The notes under the pieces were generated by a model that worked only from the letters and a program-made list of their open reading frames with translations, was not told where the DNA came from and did no database searches. A DNA stretch of 64,000 bases from Octopus sinensis (lineage: Eukaryota): the NCBI RefSeq assembly GCF_006345805.1, contig NC_042999.1:75144001-75208000 (forward strand), read 5' to 3'. Shown piece by piece: positions 38,401-51,131 of this stretch (its first letter is position 1; each line of letters opens with the position of its first letter). Position numbers and translations under genes: made by a program.

Positions 38401-38901
38401 ATGGATAATTACCAAAAGTTCCTGGCCTGGCAATGTTACAGAGGAGCTTTACCGGTTCGAGATAAGCTCTTTAGACATGGGTGTGCACCTTCGCCGGTTT
38501 GTGCAAGATGTAAGAGGGACTGTGAAACTGTCCTGCACGCGATTGTGCAATGCCCCAAGGTGACTGAACTCTGGACTTATGTCGAACACCTGCTGTCGCA
38601 TTCGAGAAGAGTACAACTGTCGAGCGAATCTGTAATTAAGATAGTTCCGCCGACCTTCCTGAATAGGGAGGAGCGAGCCTGTTTTCTTTCGGTAGTTGCT
38701 ATGGCGAAAGAAGTAGTGTGGAAGACGAGAGTGAAAGGAATTGCAACAGGCATGTTTATCTCCAGTCTCGAGCTAATCGACTTTTTCGTTTTCCACATGA
38801 AACGGAAAATAAGGCTGGAGAAGAAATGCCTGTCGCAAAGTGTGTTTCGTAAAAGATGGAAGTCTATAGCAAGTATGTTGCGAGTGAAAGAACCTGTTTA
38901 A
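35494..38901 (+). CDS. LINE ORF2: APE endonuclease, reverse transcriptase, C-terminal zinc finger
   Basis: Open frame after the stop at 35491-35493: NIRGL, VYAP, GDF, SYIDR, SDHK, KSPGLDG, FRPITLLN, DQSKAFD, QGCP, YADD, CARC...ETVLH. Confidence 0.93.
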   Translation, partial: FFTFSFKLGCINIRGLGSYWKQGYLLNDLRSHRLDVVVITESRLSGLQAFSPLLNGYEKYISPCRPGGGGGVAVLVRKNLDSEIRTVFIYLEGRLVVLDVTHSSGKVFRLVAVYAPCEGKAGQKEYFKSLENFLGTSNTLVLLGDFKIICDASVDYVGSRKNRRGLPHLNDMLSRFELADRFRLDHPDTPAWTWSRNDGSSRSYIDRIITRKKNKKILSCPQHHIVSYSDHKLVTCSLDIDSMCRRGSGYWRLNKSLLDCEAYRNRIKQLVMRALTGSIINNKWWYALKRAIKFESIRFSKELASAINKVEKELVKAIEEAMRSGSASKVLAARLALDQHLKAKHEGCIVRAKIRAMRQEGFNAAGWAWVVEGQRGNNSTIRSLTGPNGRLVNEPEEMCKVFHDHFAQLFGRSGELERGEKLADFLAGSQRLSGPDAESCEAPITAKEVEDMLADCGGDKSPGLDGLPYELYSSMSDLFGHLLACVYTNWQQNGRIPKSVSRGVVALLRKDPNKGDLIDNFRPITLLNAELKILAKVLAKRLARVVGELVGEAQTCAIPGRTIHDNLHFLRYALERVNRIPCKSGAMVHLDQSKAFDRVDHQYLAAVLAAAGFGPTFDVALYSNIESVVRVNGFLSEPFSIERSVRQGCPLFPLLYVLALEPLLRRLETMRGTPQDLGCGKTASAYADDITVIVSRVEHLQWVGEALRDYEAVAGAKVNRDKSVGLQLGTWRGKSMSSDRVVGRWTEGPVKMLGIWLGPDLQIEKNWSDVARKVALLTQTSSERKLSLKGRAEVAEVFIASVITYRLTVVPCPDSWLNKLERMLFRFLWRGSRPLVRRYICCQKPLKGGLGMPWLKMRRHALRLRHLWIYLDGEQVWTPFVKLLFPQFTSFNELNPWIKCRPRLGMWHAECYQALVLLSQLGNAGGGATTSFFYRGLVEFKCDDVLGETLGFDENQLASLFQRTFGPGLMDNYQKFLAWQCYRGALPVRDKLFRHGCAPSPVCARCKRDCETVLHAIVQCPKVTELWTYVEHLLSHSRRVQLSSESVIKIVPPTFLNREERACFLSVVAMAKEVVWKTRVKGIATGMFISSLELIDFFVFHMKRKIRLEKKCLSQSVFRKRWKSIASMLRVKEPV

Positions 38902-39122
38902 TCGGGAATGTAGAAAAGGAGAAAGCAAAGTCTTCAGTGTGAGTATGTGGTTTGTGGGGTCAACTACGTCCTCCGCTTCATTTTTTGTTAATCACTCATT
39001 CTCATTTAATTGTATATATTTTAATTATTTGTTTATTCATATGTTTCATCTCATTCGATACCCTGACCCCAACGTTTGTTTTGTCCCCTCTTTTTCTCAA
39101 CCTTATGGTGAATAAAGAAATA

Positions 39123-39163
<41 letters not shown>

Positions 39164-39279
39164 GAGCACACCAAAAAACAATGACGCGAACGGGAGTAAA
39201 TGGGTGAAATTTGCTCTCTGTCTCTCACACACACACGCACACACATGCGCGCGTGCACAGCAGCACCCTCAATTTCCCC

Positions 39280-39318
<39 letters not shown>

Positions 39319-39418
39319 GAAACAGCGTACATTTTTAAACTTTGTTTTTCCTCGTATCTTTTTTGAATGAGTGTGTGTGTGATTGACTGGGAGAGGGAGG
39401 GAGGTGTGTGTTGTCGGA

Positions 39419-39462
<44 letters not shown>

Positions 39463-40039
39463 TTACGCTGTCACACACACACTCTCTCTCTCCCTCACAC
39501 ACGCACACACATCAATGCACACATTCTCTCTCTCTCTTTCTCACACACACACATACTTTCTATCTCGCACCCCACCATCGACATAATCATATGTCCCTGT
39601 CATTTTCTCTCTCTTTCACTTTATGCTGACATCAAACGAAATAGACATTTCCAGTTCAAAAAACAAATAAAAATTGTTTGCGGAATTTACCGAACGCTGT
39701 ACCTTAACAGCTGATAGATCATTGACAACTCTGTGACTCAAAACAAAGGATAGCCTTCGCTGAAACTTATCTCCTGCCATAAAATATTCGACGATATAAT
39801 GATACCAGAAATAAATCACTGCTTTAATCCCCACCTCAAAAAAAAAACCTACCATCCAATAAGTGGAGCACCTCAAAACAACAACTGAAACGGGATAAAG
39901 AGTACACGCATCACAACAACAATAACACTAATTGTGTGTTTATGTGTGTGTGTGTGTGTGTAGACTTACAATATATCCTATTAAGAAAATTTTACACAAT
40001 CATTCAATAAAACTCAAATGCGATAAAGAGTACACGCTT

Positions 40040-40790
40040 TATCCGCCAGAACAGTGCAACGGGACCCGCTTGGTAGCCAAGTCTCTGACGTCCCACTTTA
40101 TTGAGGACACCACTATTACTGGATGCGGGAAAGGAGAAAATGTTTTCATTTCAAAGATGCACCTTTATCCCTCGGGGTCAGACATGCCGTTTAACTTCCA
40201 CAGATCGCAGTTCCCGGTGAGGCCATGCTTCGCTAGGTCCATCAACAAATCCCAAAGCCAAACACTCTCGGTGGCAGGCATCCATTTGGGGAAGCCGTGC
40301 TTTTCACATACTCTCTTTTACTCTTTAACTTGTTTCAGTCATTTGACTGCGGCCATGCTGGAGCACCGCCTTTAATCGAGCAACTCGACCCCGGGACTTA
40401 TTCTTTTGTAAGCCCAGTACTTATTCTATCGGTCTCTTTTGCCGAACCGCTAAGTAACGGGGACATAAACACACCAGCATCGTTTGTCAAGCAATGCTAG
40501 GGGGACAAACACACACACACATATATATATACATATATACGACGGGCTTCTTTCACTTTCCGTCTACCAAATCCACTCACAAGGCTTTGGTCGACCCGAG
40601 GCTATAATAGAAGACACTTGCCCAAGGTGCCACGCAGTGGGACTGAACCCGGAACCATGTGTCTGGTAAACAAGCTACTTACCACACATCCACTGGCCTG
40701 CTCCCGTGTGGGGAGTAGAAACGCACTTTTTGTATATGCTCCTCAGGGCAGAACACGTAATGTTGTCTATAGAAAAGTTTTATAGACGTA
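40040..40790 (+). mobile_element. Helitron PIF1-like helicase C-terminal fragment interrupted by a SINE
   Basis: CNGTRL...RSQFPVRPCFARSINKSQSQTL...PCFSH, resuming after the SINE as ACSRVGSRNAL...RTRNVVY. Confidence 0.85.
40310..40695 (-). mobile_element. tRNA/CORE-type SINE (Octopus-type)
   Basis: Minus head GGTTCCGGGTTCAGTCCCAC...CTTGGGCAAGTG and tail CCAGCATGGCCGCAGTCAAATGACTGAAAC. The tail also occurs at about 51490-51520 and 61720-61780. Confidence 0.85.
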
Positions 40791-42367
40791 GAAAGAACAA
40801 GTCATCTTTGCAGCCTATGTGGTTATAAACAGGTGATCCGGAAGCATTGACCGGACATATTCTCAAACCATTTCAACATAACTCATGCACTCTTACTCTT
40901 CTTTAGACAATGCTGATTTCTCTGACAACAATGCTCTCTCGGCCGATATCAGCGCTTGGCCAAGTTGCTCATAGAGTTAGGTTTACTTTTTTGTTAAGTT
41001 TGTTAGTAAGTCTTCCTAAGTTACTCCAATCCGGATCTCCAATGCAAACACGTGATATTTTCATGTCTTCAGCATCATACGCACAAGTCTCACAAAAGCA
41101 TAGATTACTATAATTAATGCAGTGTTAGTGTTGATAAGTAACTGAATGTTTGTTTGATTTTTTCCAGAAGTTCTAACAGTATTTTAGTCTACATGAAGTG
41201 ATATATGTGAAAAATGAACTATTTTAAGCAATTTCTATTTCAAAATTCTCCAATATCGTTGGAAATGTCTCTATAGGTTCATTAATTCTGATTTTTTTTT
41301 TTTTTTTTTGGTTCTGATATTCTGTTTTGCTACTTCGTAAGGCAAAACCTGCACCTTCTGCCGGAGAAAGCATGTCCTATACTAAATTTAAGGAGTTTAG
41401 ATTTGTTAATATCCTCATTCTTTAAACTCTGGATATATTTGGATGATGTGATAATAATGGATAATGAGATGGTGATAAGTTTTCCGAGTGTCTATATACA
41501 TAATTCGAGAAGTTTTTTTTTTTTTGTTTACGAATTTTCAGTTCACTTATACACAGCTAAATGCTTGGCGATCATTAATTACTGCCGAAGAAATTGCCAG
41601 ATAGGAGAGAGTTTATAGTATTCTGTAGTTCTATAGAATACTTTACTTGGATTTACGCAGGGGGTGGTGGTGATCCCTGTTGTACACTTTCGCCTCCAAC
41701 TTTCTCTCACTCTTTCTTCCTGTTTCTTGAATAATGCTGTGATGGACTGGCGTCCCGTCCAGCTGGGTGGGTGGGTGGGTGGGTGATGGGACACATACGC
41801 CAGAGAAATCGGGAAACCGGGCCCATGAACCTGGCTAGGCTTGAAAAAGGGCGCATAAATAAATAAATGAGGAACGTGCTGGCGAGCATGCGTAGTAAAT
41901 TTCTGTTTACTCTATTGAAAGGCGTAGCTGCTAGGGCAAAATTCATCGTCCTTAAACGGACTTTGACAAGTGTTAGTTGTTTCTCTCTTCCGGCTGTCAC
42001 CCTTTCTTCCCCGATCTCTCTTTTTCCTCCCTTCCCTCCAATTTCTCTCTATAACGACGTTTGACAGCTTCCAATCTCTCTCTTTCCCTCTCCATCTTTG
42101 CCGTCTCTCTCTGTCGCTCTTTCTCCTACCGCCTCACACTCTCTCTCTCTGTACATCTGCTTGTATCTATAGGGAGAAAGCGTTCACAGCCGCAAGTGTG
42201 TTTAATGGAGAGGACTAAAATAGTGAATAATTATATTGCGTCGAAAATATGTTTCACTTTCATGAAGTTTAGATGTTCCCACCACAGAACGGTGAATTAT
42301 TATCGCCCACCACCACCGCACAACCATGATAACAGATATTATTAATCAAGTATATATTGTTTTAATT

Positions 42368-42418
<51 letters not shown>

Positions 42419-42420
42419 GT

Positions 42421-42457
<37 letters not shown>

Positions 42458-42524
42458 GTGTGTATATATCAATATATATATATATATGTGTGTGTGTGTG
42501 CGTATTTATAATGTGTATATATAC

Positions 42525-43388
42525 TTTGATACTTTGATAGGTTTCGGCCATTATTGGCCCAGGCCATGTCTAACTTAATAGCACCACCTGGTGAAGTCTT
42601 TCAAGTCAGAATTTGGGCACTATGGCCCACTCAAGTAGAGAGTTATTGTTTACAGAGACATATCCGGGTGTAGGGGGTTTATCCGGGATTTCTTGAAGGA
42701 ATCTGTCCAAAGACTTCTTGAACCCTATAGGGTCTGTTTCTGTTTTAATGTGTTTTGGTGTAATGTTAAAGAGAGCGGGGCCAATTGAGGTGAAATAATT
42801 GTGCCGTATTGTTGTTATGAGATGAGAATGCGATTTTTGTTTTGGGCGGATGGCACGGGGCCCAAGCCTTGGATGTACCTTAAAGGTGATGCCAACATCA
42901 TTTGGGCAATGCTGATGGAATATTTTCCACATCATACAGATGATGTAGCGCTCACGGCAACGTTGGAGAGAATAAAGTTTTAGCTTTTCTAGTCGACCCC
43001 AATAGTCGAGGCCTGTCATGCCATCTATCTTTTTTGTGATTGCCCTTTGAGGTGCTTCAACTTTTATGATACTCTGTTTTGTGTGGGGACACCACAGTGG
43101 ACAACTGTATTCAAGGTGGGGTCGGGCAAAAGTGGAGAAGAGAAGGATAATGGTGTGGATATCTCTCGACTGGAAAGTTCTGAGAATCCAGGAACACATT
43201 CTGCGGGCCATGTCAACTTTGGTGTTTATATGAGTGGCCCAGCTTATGTTGTTGTCCACAATTACTCCCAAGTCTCTGATGTTGTTGGATGCCACGAGAG
43301 TTTCACCTGAAGGAAGGGAGTATGGGAGTTTCAGGGCATCCTCTTTTCCAAAGTGGATTAACTCAAATTTATCCTCGTTCAGCAGCAT
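42525..43388 (-). mobile_element. 5'-truncated CR1/L2-group LINE (RT C-terminus and short 3'UTR)
   Basis: Open 260-aa frame RDLGVIVD...RPHLEYSCPLW.P...LKLYSLQR. Ends in a short tandem tail (ATCAAAGT)2. Confidence 0.85.
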
Positions 43389-43678
43389 ATTGTGGCCTAG
43401 TGGTTAGGGCAGCGGACTCGCGATCATGGGATCGCGGTTTCGATTCCCAGACCGGGCGTTGTGAGTGTTTATTGAGCGAAAATACCTAAAGCTCCACGAG
43501 GCTCCGGCATGGGGGGGGGGGTGGTGATCCCTGCTGTACTCTTTCGCCACAACTTTCTCTCACTCTTTCTTCTGTTGGCCTGCTCGCTTAGCCAGCGGAG
43601 TGGCGTCATTTGAAGGCGAATCGCATTGTGACCAGCGATGTGTAACAACATCTGATGGCCTGGTCGGTCACGGTGATA
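43389..43678 (+). mobile_element. tRNA-derived SINE
   Basis: A-box TGGCCTAGTGG and B-box GTTTCGATTCC, then a non-tRNA body shared with 41660-41740. Confidence 0.8.
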
Positions 43679-44464
43679 TATATATATATATATATATATG
43701 ATGTGCGTATATATGGTCGCATTGTACTGAAAATTTGCACACCTATGTTAAAAGTGCTATGGAGTTTGCATGCCAACTTTGAGTTTGCTCAATTGAAAGG
43801 CGTGGCCTCTGGGGAAAAATTCTTCTTCTTTTAAAATGTGGCCCGAAAAGACCGGAAAGAAATCGGGTTATAATACCAAAACAAGTAAAACAATAAAGAA
43901 CTATGCCGTTTTAATCTCAAACAAGGCCGGGTATCTCTGTAAGTCAATATCTATAAATCTGAAATGCGAAAAGTTTGTTTGTCTGGGTTTGGCATTGGAA
44001 CGGGTTAAAGGGCACTAGATCCCGTCGGATTGACTCCAAAATTTACAGGGACATGTAAAATGAGGTGAGGGTGCGAGTGGGCTAGCTTAGCAATCTCTAT
44101 CTTAAAAGGTGTCGTTACTAGGGCAAAAAACACACACTTTGACAAGTTTCCTCTCATTCTCTTATCACATCTTCCTCCGTCTCTCTCTGTTTCCTCCTTT
44201 CCTGTCACTTTCTCTCTATAACGTCGTTTGACAGATACTACTATCTTTTCCCCGCTGCTTTCGCCAGCGCTGTCCCTCCCCCCGCCTCTCCCCCTCTCTC
44301 TCTGTCTGTATTCATAGAGAGTTTTATTATCACCACGACCACCACACAATCATGAGAACAAATATTATGAAGCAGATATTTATTGGGTTAATTTATATAT
44401 GAGTGTGTGTGTGTGCTCTATGTATACATGTGTATATATAATGTATATATACAAAGTGTATATA

Positions 44465-44530
<66 letters not shown>

Positions 44531-44608
44531 GTCTACATTTGTATATAAAATGCGCGCACGCACACACACAAACACACACACACCCACACACACATATATA
44601 TATAATGC

Positions 44609-44703
<95 letters not shown>

Positions 44704-45798
44704 ATGTGTGCATTATGTGGTCGGTTGAGCTGAAAATATGCACACCTATATTAAAAGTGCTGGCGAGTTTGCATGGCAAATATTTTTTTTCCTCGAATGA
44801 AAGGCGTGACCTCTAGGACAAAATTCCTCATCTTATAAAATGTGGCTCGAGTAGACCTGGATGAAATCGGGTTATATTAACCAAAATGTGAAAAGGGGTC
44901 TAAATGGAGCTGGAAGGGGATTAAAATTTACAGGAGCGGGTGTTTAGGAATTCTCTGTTACACCAAGCTAAAAAATTTGTGCCAGCCTTTAAATCTTCAA
45001 TGTGTTGCCGTCCATGATGAAGAAGTTTTGAATGCGTGAGTCTACTGTCGTGAGAAAGAATCACTTCAAAACTTGGTGTTTAGGAATTTTCTTTTACATC
45101 AAGTTCAAAATTTTACGCCAGCCGTTAAACTGCCGCTACGTTGCTGTCCGTCGTTAAGAAATGCCAGCCATGGTGACTCTACTATCCTCAGATTCTATCC
45201 CTTCAAACGCTGGTTTCCAATTTTTTTTTTTATTATTCAGCTCGCAGGTTCGTCTGGCCCTTTTAAATGTTAGTGTTTTGCTGTCTGCCTTGAAGCAGAC
45301 CTTTCCGTTGTCACTGCCTGATACTTATGATTGATCTTTCAAAATATTTTTTCTTTCTCAACTTACTCAAGATTTTTGTTGTTTATAAATTGGGAGAAAG
45401 ATAGAGAGTAAGAGAAAGCGAGTGAGAGTCCGAGAGAAAGGAAGAGTAAGAGAGTGTGAAAGTGAGAGAGAAAGGAGAGAGAAACAAATGAGGAGAATGT
45501 GGTGATAAAAAACAGAAAGGAAGCAACATAAAGTAGCAACCACACACTTACCCGCACGTAGAGTGGGTCACCTTAAGCTAGTCTACTATATATTTGTGAA
45601 AAGGGCAACAGTTCTGCGGGCAAAAGTGTAGTAAATGTGGTCTGAAAATTTGCATACCTATGTTAAAAGTACTGGGGAGTTTGCATGGCAACTTTGAGTT
45701 TGCTGAATTGAAAGGCGTGGCCTCTAGGGCTAAATTCCTCATTTTTTAAAACGTGGCCCGAGTAGAACCGAATGAAATCGGGTTATAATACCAGTATA

Positions 45799-46986
45799 TC
45801 TATATATATAAAACTGAGAATGTGTGTCTATTTGTCTGACTGTCTGTGTGTTTCCCTAAAACTTGAGAACTACACAATCAATTTCATTCAAATTTTACAC
45901 ATGCCTTACTTAGGGTCCGGGGAGTGTCATCGGCAAAAAATTCTTAACTTTTTGCCTAGAACGAGCCCACAGCAATATCATATCTTCTCCACTACGATTC
46001 CCTAAAACTTGAGAACTACACAACCAATTTCATTCAAATTTTACACATGCCTTACTTAGGGTCCATGTAGTTTCATGGGCAAAAAAAATGTTCAACTTCT
46101 TGCCTAGAGCGAGCCCATAACAATATCATATCTTCTCCACTATTTCAGTATTACGTGTTAAAAGTGAAACAAAAACATTTCTCTATTTTATATCAGATAC
46201 TTTCACTTTAACAATAAAAATGATAATAACAATTGAATTATATGTAGTAAGTAATAATTAAAATCAAACTAAAGTATAATATAATCGTAACATAACGAAA
46301 GTAAAAATAGCAATTGGTATAAAATTGCATCAATGACTTGAACGTGAATAAGTGGTTTCACATGAATTGGAATAAATTAAAAATAAAATTAGCGTGCAGA
46401 AATGGAATAGTCCAGATGGATAATAAAAAATTAAATTAAAGAAAAGACTATTGTCTATAAAGTATAGAATGTAGAGAAAAAAGATTTGAACACTTGGAGG
46501 AAAGCACCATCGAAAAGTGTCATGGTGCGACTATGAAAGATATCTAACCAGAGGCGGTAAATTCGCCACAATAGAAGCAAGGTTCGAGTCAACGGAGCGT
46601 GCAAGGGAGTACTCGACTCGAACTTGCAAAGTGGAAATATTTTATTTTTACCTTTATATCTGGGACGTAGGACGTGCCGGATAAAAATTTAAAATGCCCT
46701 CCCCTCCATCTCCCCGAAGTTGAGGTAGGCTGGATTGTAGCCACACTTCTATACAAGAGGGAGGACAAGATACAATTGATCGAAATTGCAATAAATGGGC
46801 TTACAATTCCAGTCTGTTATATATTTTGAGTATTGTTATCACTAGCGATATCAAGATATAACTTTGTATTTTGTATTTTATGTGTAGATGTATATATGTA
46901 GATGTACATGTAATATGTACACATATATATACACATATATACATGCACTAGCACTATGACCCGGCAACGACGGGTCATAATGCTAG
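45799..46986 (+). mobile_element. Non-autonomous Helitron-like element
   Basis: A|TC start and GACCCGGCAACGACGGGTC hairpin followed by CTAG|T. Internal ~145-bp tandem duplication (45850-46145). Confidence 0.75.
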
Positions 46987-46997
46987 TGTATATATAT

Positions 46998-47078
<81 letters not shown>

Positions 47079-47453
47079 TAGAGAGAGAAATGGAGATAGA
47101 AAGAGAAAGAGAGAGAAAGAAAGAGACAAAGAGAGAGAGAAATAACGAGAGGGGGAGACTATAATTCATTTCATTATATGCTACATACTAATTGTTACAG
47201 TAAATGCTTGTATGATATTCAAAGAGTATTCTGTGTAACCCGTAATAACCTTTCATGATGTGGTCCACATTGGCTGCTACAATTGATATTCGGGTGAATG
47301 CCCTTTGAAATAAGTACTTTTAATAAATAAATACTTTGTTATCTATAGATAATTAGCTATGCTAAAACCAAGATTTAATAATACAATTTAGTTACATGGA
47401 TCATGGAAGCATTAAATTTCATATGTATAATTGACAGGCCTAAAACTATGCAT

Positions 47454-47461
47454 TATAAATA
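47454..47461 (+). promoter_or_regulatory. Putative TATA box of SULT-like copy 3
   Basis: TATAAATA at the same position relative to the ATG as in copy 2. Confidence 0.55.
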
Positions 47462-47577
47462 CTTACAGAGCAGCAAATTTGCCATAAGATCAAGGAAAGC
47501 TAAAGAAACCGATTACGATTTTGTTTTCACGAGTTTCCTAAGTGGTTACAATAACTAGAACGATATTAACAACTACA

Positions 47578-47782
47578 ATGAGTAAAGAAGTCAACTCTGA
47601 AGAAATAAAAAAGGAAATTATTTTTAAAGAATACTTCGGCAAAGGTGGAGAACCTATGCCTGTCTATCAATATAAAGGACACAATATTGTGTATTTAGAA
47701 ATAGCAGCGTCAGCTTTATCGCAACAACATATGGTGAAAATTCGACCTGATGATATGTTGATGCTTTCCTATCCTGCAGCCG
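47578..47782 (+). CDS. SULT-like paralogue 3, exon 1 of 5 (gene 47578-59656, 301 aa)
   Basis: MSKEVN...KIRPDDMLMLSYPAAG with a gtaag donor. In-frame 6-nt deletion relative to copy 2. Exons sum to 906 nt of open frame. Confidence 0.92.
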
Positions 47783-48284
47783 GTAAGATTTTACTATATC
47801 GCTATTGTTAGGCAAAATATTTTACATTGTAGACAGGGTGTGTTTGCATGTCTCTGTATGGTGCTCATACGTGTATTATTTGTTTGTGGTTGTGTAATTT
47901 ATTTACATATTTCCATTCAACACACTCTATGTACCCTTCATTCACTTTGTTATCCTATATTTACTTGGTTCGCAAAGATCAATATATTTCCCTATTTTTA
48001 TTGATTTCCTTTTTATCAATTTCTTCCCTTGCGTGTGTGAGGATTTTTTTACGCGTCTGTGTGCACTTGCGTATGTATATATATAGGTATAAACGATATT
48101 TGTACATATGTTGATGCTTTTGACTTGGGACTGTCTTGTGTAGCTGCTGGGATGCCCCTGAGTGTATGCGTATATTATTCGAGTTCATATGACTTATCGT
48201 TTTTCGGCTTTATACCTCTCTCGACTAATTCCACTGTTTCAGATTAACCAGAATAATTATCGCCTTCAACACCAACACATACAC

Positions 48285-51131
48285 CAGGTGTGGGCAAACT
48301 ACGGCCCGCGGGTCGCATGCGGCTCGCCATAGGTTTTCATGCGGCCCGCCGAGAGCTTTTATGAATCCCAACTGTTTCAGTTGTATGGTAATTCACAATA
48401 GTTTGCATTTTATTTCAGTTCACTGTTTCGCGCCTTCACAAAATTGTCCGCTGTTTGTTTGTTTCAGCTACTGAGAAGCGATGAAAAATTTCGAGAAATA
48501 TTCCCATGACATCATAATAAAACACATTTCCGGGTGAAGATATCTTTTCTGTGTTTTCTCGTCAGACCCTACAAACACAAAAATTAATAGAACAATGAAA
48601 CAAGTATTGTGGCAATACAACGAGTCAATCGATATGCTTGAAACATTCAAATAAATCTATCACGTGATAGATGGTGAAGAGGGCATGATGGACGATGCGT
48701 TTCGTTCCAATGAAGAAGCCGGCCAGGTTAATAAAAGGGCTTGAACCAGCTTTTTCTGGACACAGAGCTGTGGTTGGTTATCTTTCACTCTATCGATTAT
48801 TTGAATTTAGTGCAGACACGAGTGTTTCAAACTAGCTTTTGTTGTCTGATAAAATTTACCCAAAATGAGTTGTTCGAAGCTATCTAAAAAGCGAAAAATT
48901 GAAGAGGAATGTCGTGTTTTTAATGAAAATTGGATTGAAAAGTATTTCTTTACCGACGTTGGAGTGAAAGCTGCATGTTTGATTTGTTCTGAAACAGTTG
49001 CTGTTTATAATTTGAATATAATTTGGAATATAATTTGAAACGCCACTTTCAAACGAAGCACGCCAATTTTGGACACAATTTATCAAAACAAGAACTGCAA
49101 AAGAAAGCAAATGATCTGACAAAACGTTTGAAGCAACAGCAAAATGTGTTTGATAAAACTTCCTCTTTACAAAGGAACGCGACAAAGGCAAGTTTTATAT
49201 TGGCCAACAAAATTGCAAAGCAAAACAAGTCATTCGCAGAAGCAGAATTTATCAAAGATTGTATGGTTGATGCTGTCAGCGTTGTGTGTCCTGAAGTTAA
49301 GTCAAAAGTAGAAGCCATTTCCCTGTCACGAAGAACTATTGTTCGTCGCATTGATGCAATTGCCGTGAATATTCATGAACAGCTGTTAACAGCCAGTGGT
49401 CGATTTCAGTGGTTTTCTATTGCTTTAGATGAGAGTACTGATATTCAGGATACTGCTCAGTTACTCATTTACATCAGAGGAATTGACGAAAACTTTGAAA
49501 TTACAGAGGAATTGTTATCTATGGAGTCTCTCAAAGACACTACTACTGGAAAAGATTTGTTTAACAGTGTCATTAACAGTTCAATCAGGTCTGGATTAAC
49601 CCTAAATAAACTGGCCAGCATTACAACCGATGGAGCTCCTTCACTCACCGGTAAACATTCCGGCCTTGTGAAGTTGTTGAATGACAAAATCAAAGAAGAT
49701 TTTCCACTACACAGTGTGTTGTCTTTTCACTGCATCATACATCAAGAAAGCCTTTGTAAGTCATCTTTAAAACTCAAACATGTCATCGAACCTGTGGTGC
49801 GTGCAGTGAATTTAATAAGATCACGGGGATTGAAACACAGGCAATTCCGAAGTTTCTTGGGGGATGTGGAGGCTGATTTTACTGATGTGCTGTACTACAC
49901 AAATGTCCGCTGGTTAAGCATTGGAAAAGTTCTTAAGAGAGTATGGGACCTCAAAGCAGAGATTCTTATGTTTCTCAAAATGCAAGACATCTCCTGTGAC
50001 TTTTTAAACGAAATGGAGAGTGACGAATGGGTTTGTGATTTTGCATTTGCTGTGGACATAATGCAGAAGCTGAATGAACTTAACACAAAACTGCAAGGCA
50101 AAGGTATATTTGCTCATGAATTGTACCTGGAAGTGAAAGCTTTTCAATGGAAGCTTGGACTTTTTGCCAAGCAGCTGAATGAGCAAAAATCTATTCACTT
50201 CCCTCTGCTGAAAACAGTCTGTTACACAAGAATTATCGGACAAGTACAGTTCCCAGTTGATGGCTTTACAAAAGGAATTCATTAGAAGATTTGCTGATGT
50301 CAAGGCAGTTGAAGGCCTGTTCGATTTGCTTAACTCACCTCTTGCCTGTGACATTGAAACAACTACCGAGGAACTGCAGATAGAACTGATTCATTTGCAA
50401 GCCGACAATTCTTTAAAGATGATGTTTGAAAGTAAACCACTGGTCGAGTTTTATGCTTCTCTACATATGTGAGCAGACTTTCTCCATCATGAAAATTAAC
50501 AAGGGGAAGAATCGATCACTTCTCACAGACTCAAATCTTCAGTCAGTGTTAAGAATCAGCACAAGCAACTTGACACCTAATTTTGACAAACTGGTAAATG
50601 ACAATAGTCAGCTGCATCATTCTCATTGACATTGTTATTTACAGAGCCGCTTTGTTTTTCAAATAAATGCTTCAGGTGACGTTTCTAATTTCAGATATCA
50701 ATTCATTTTAATGAACTGTTATTTCTCTTTAAAATCTTTTATTTTGGGTATCCTAGAATTTAAGTATAATATTCATCATGGTTGTCCATAATATTAAGAG
50801 GTGGTTGTCCACAATTAGTGCAGATTTTACTAGGAAAATTCCGTTCCTGGCAATTTGTAAGCAATAACAGGCTGTCCAAAATAACCGAGGTTCCTGTAAT
50901 AATTTCAACTATAGGAGCAAATAACCGAAAAACATGAACCCGATACTCTAAAAAATAAATTAAATTACTTAAACCAGGAATATTTCACAAAATTTCCTTT
51001 CAATCAATTGTGTGTTTATAGGTCTATAACCGCCTTTAAAAATATTTTCACTTGATTTTTATAAATGAGGCGCGCCAAGGTTCCAAAGACGCACTGTGCG
51101 GCCCGCGATCAAAAAAGTTCGCCCACCCCTG
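48285..51131 (+). mobile_element. Full-length hAT (Charlie/SPIN/GTF2IRD2-like) DNA transposon with disrupted transposase
   Basis: TIRs CAGGTGTGGGCAAACT and AGTTCGCCCACCCCTG. Exact 8-bp TSD ACATACAC. Transposase 48865-50629 with CLIC...RHF..KH, SIALDESTD, TTDGA, HCIIHQ and VRWLS, plus frameshifts. Confidence 0.96.

Larger units (their letters stand above)
33709..39122 (+). mobile_element. Near full-length Tx1/L1-clade LINE inserted in (TC)n (Kibi-like)
   Basis: ORF1 followed by an APE-RT ORF2. (TC)n on both flanks (33671-33708, 39123-39160). AATAAA just before the 3' end. Confidence 0.9.
41860..45795 (+). repeat. Cluster of fragments of one dispersed repeat family (another copy at 61200-61600)
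   Basis: Recurring blocks TTAAAAGTGCT...GAAAGGCGTGGCCTCT...AAATCGGGTTATA at about 43720, 44740 and 45650. 41965-42370 aligns with 61210-61600. Classification uncertain, possibly Helitron-derived. Confidence 0.6.

Noticed and set aside
43389-43460. tRNA-like sequence
   Set aside because: A and B boxes run into a repeat body and I could not form a full cloverleaf. It is a SINE head.
49023-50285. Host gene GTF2IRD2/ZBED-like
   Set aside because: It lies between TIRs and a TSD and is frameshifted, so it is a transposon copy rather than a domesticated gene.
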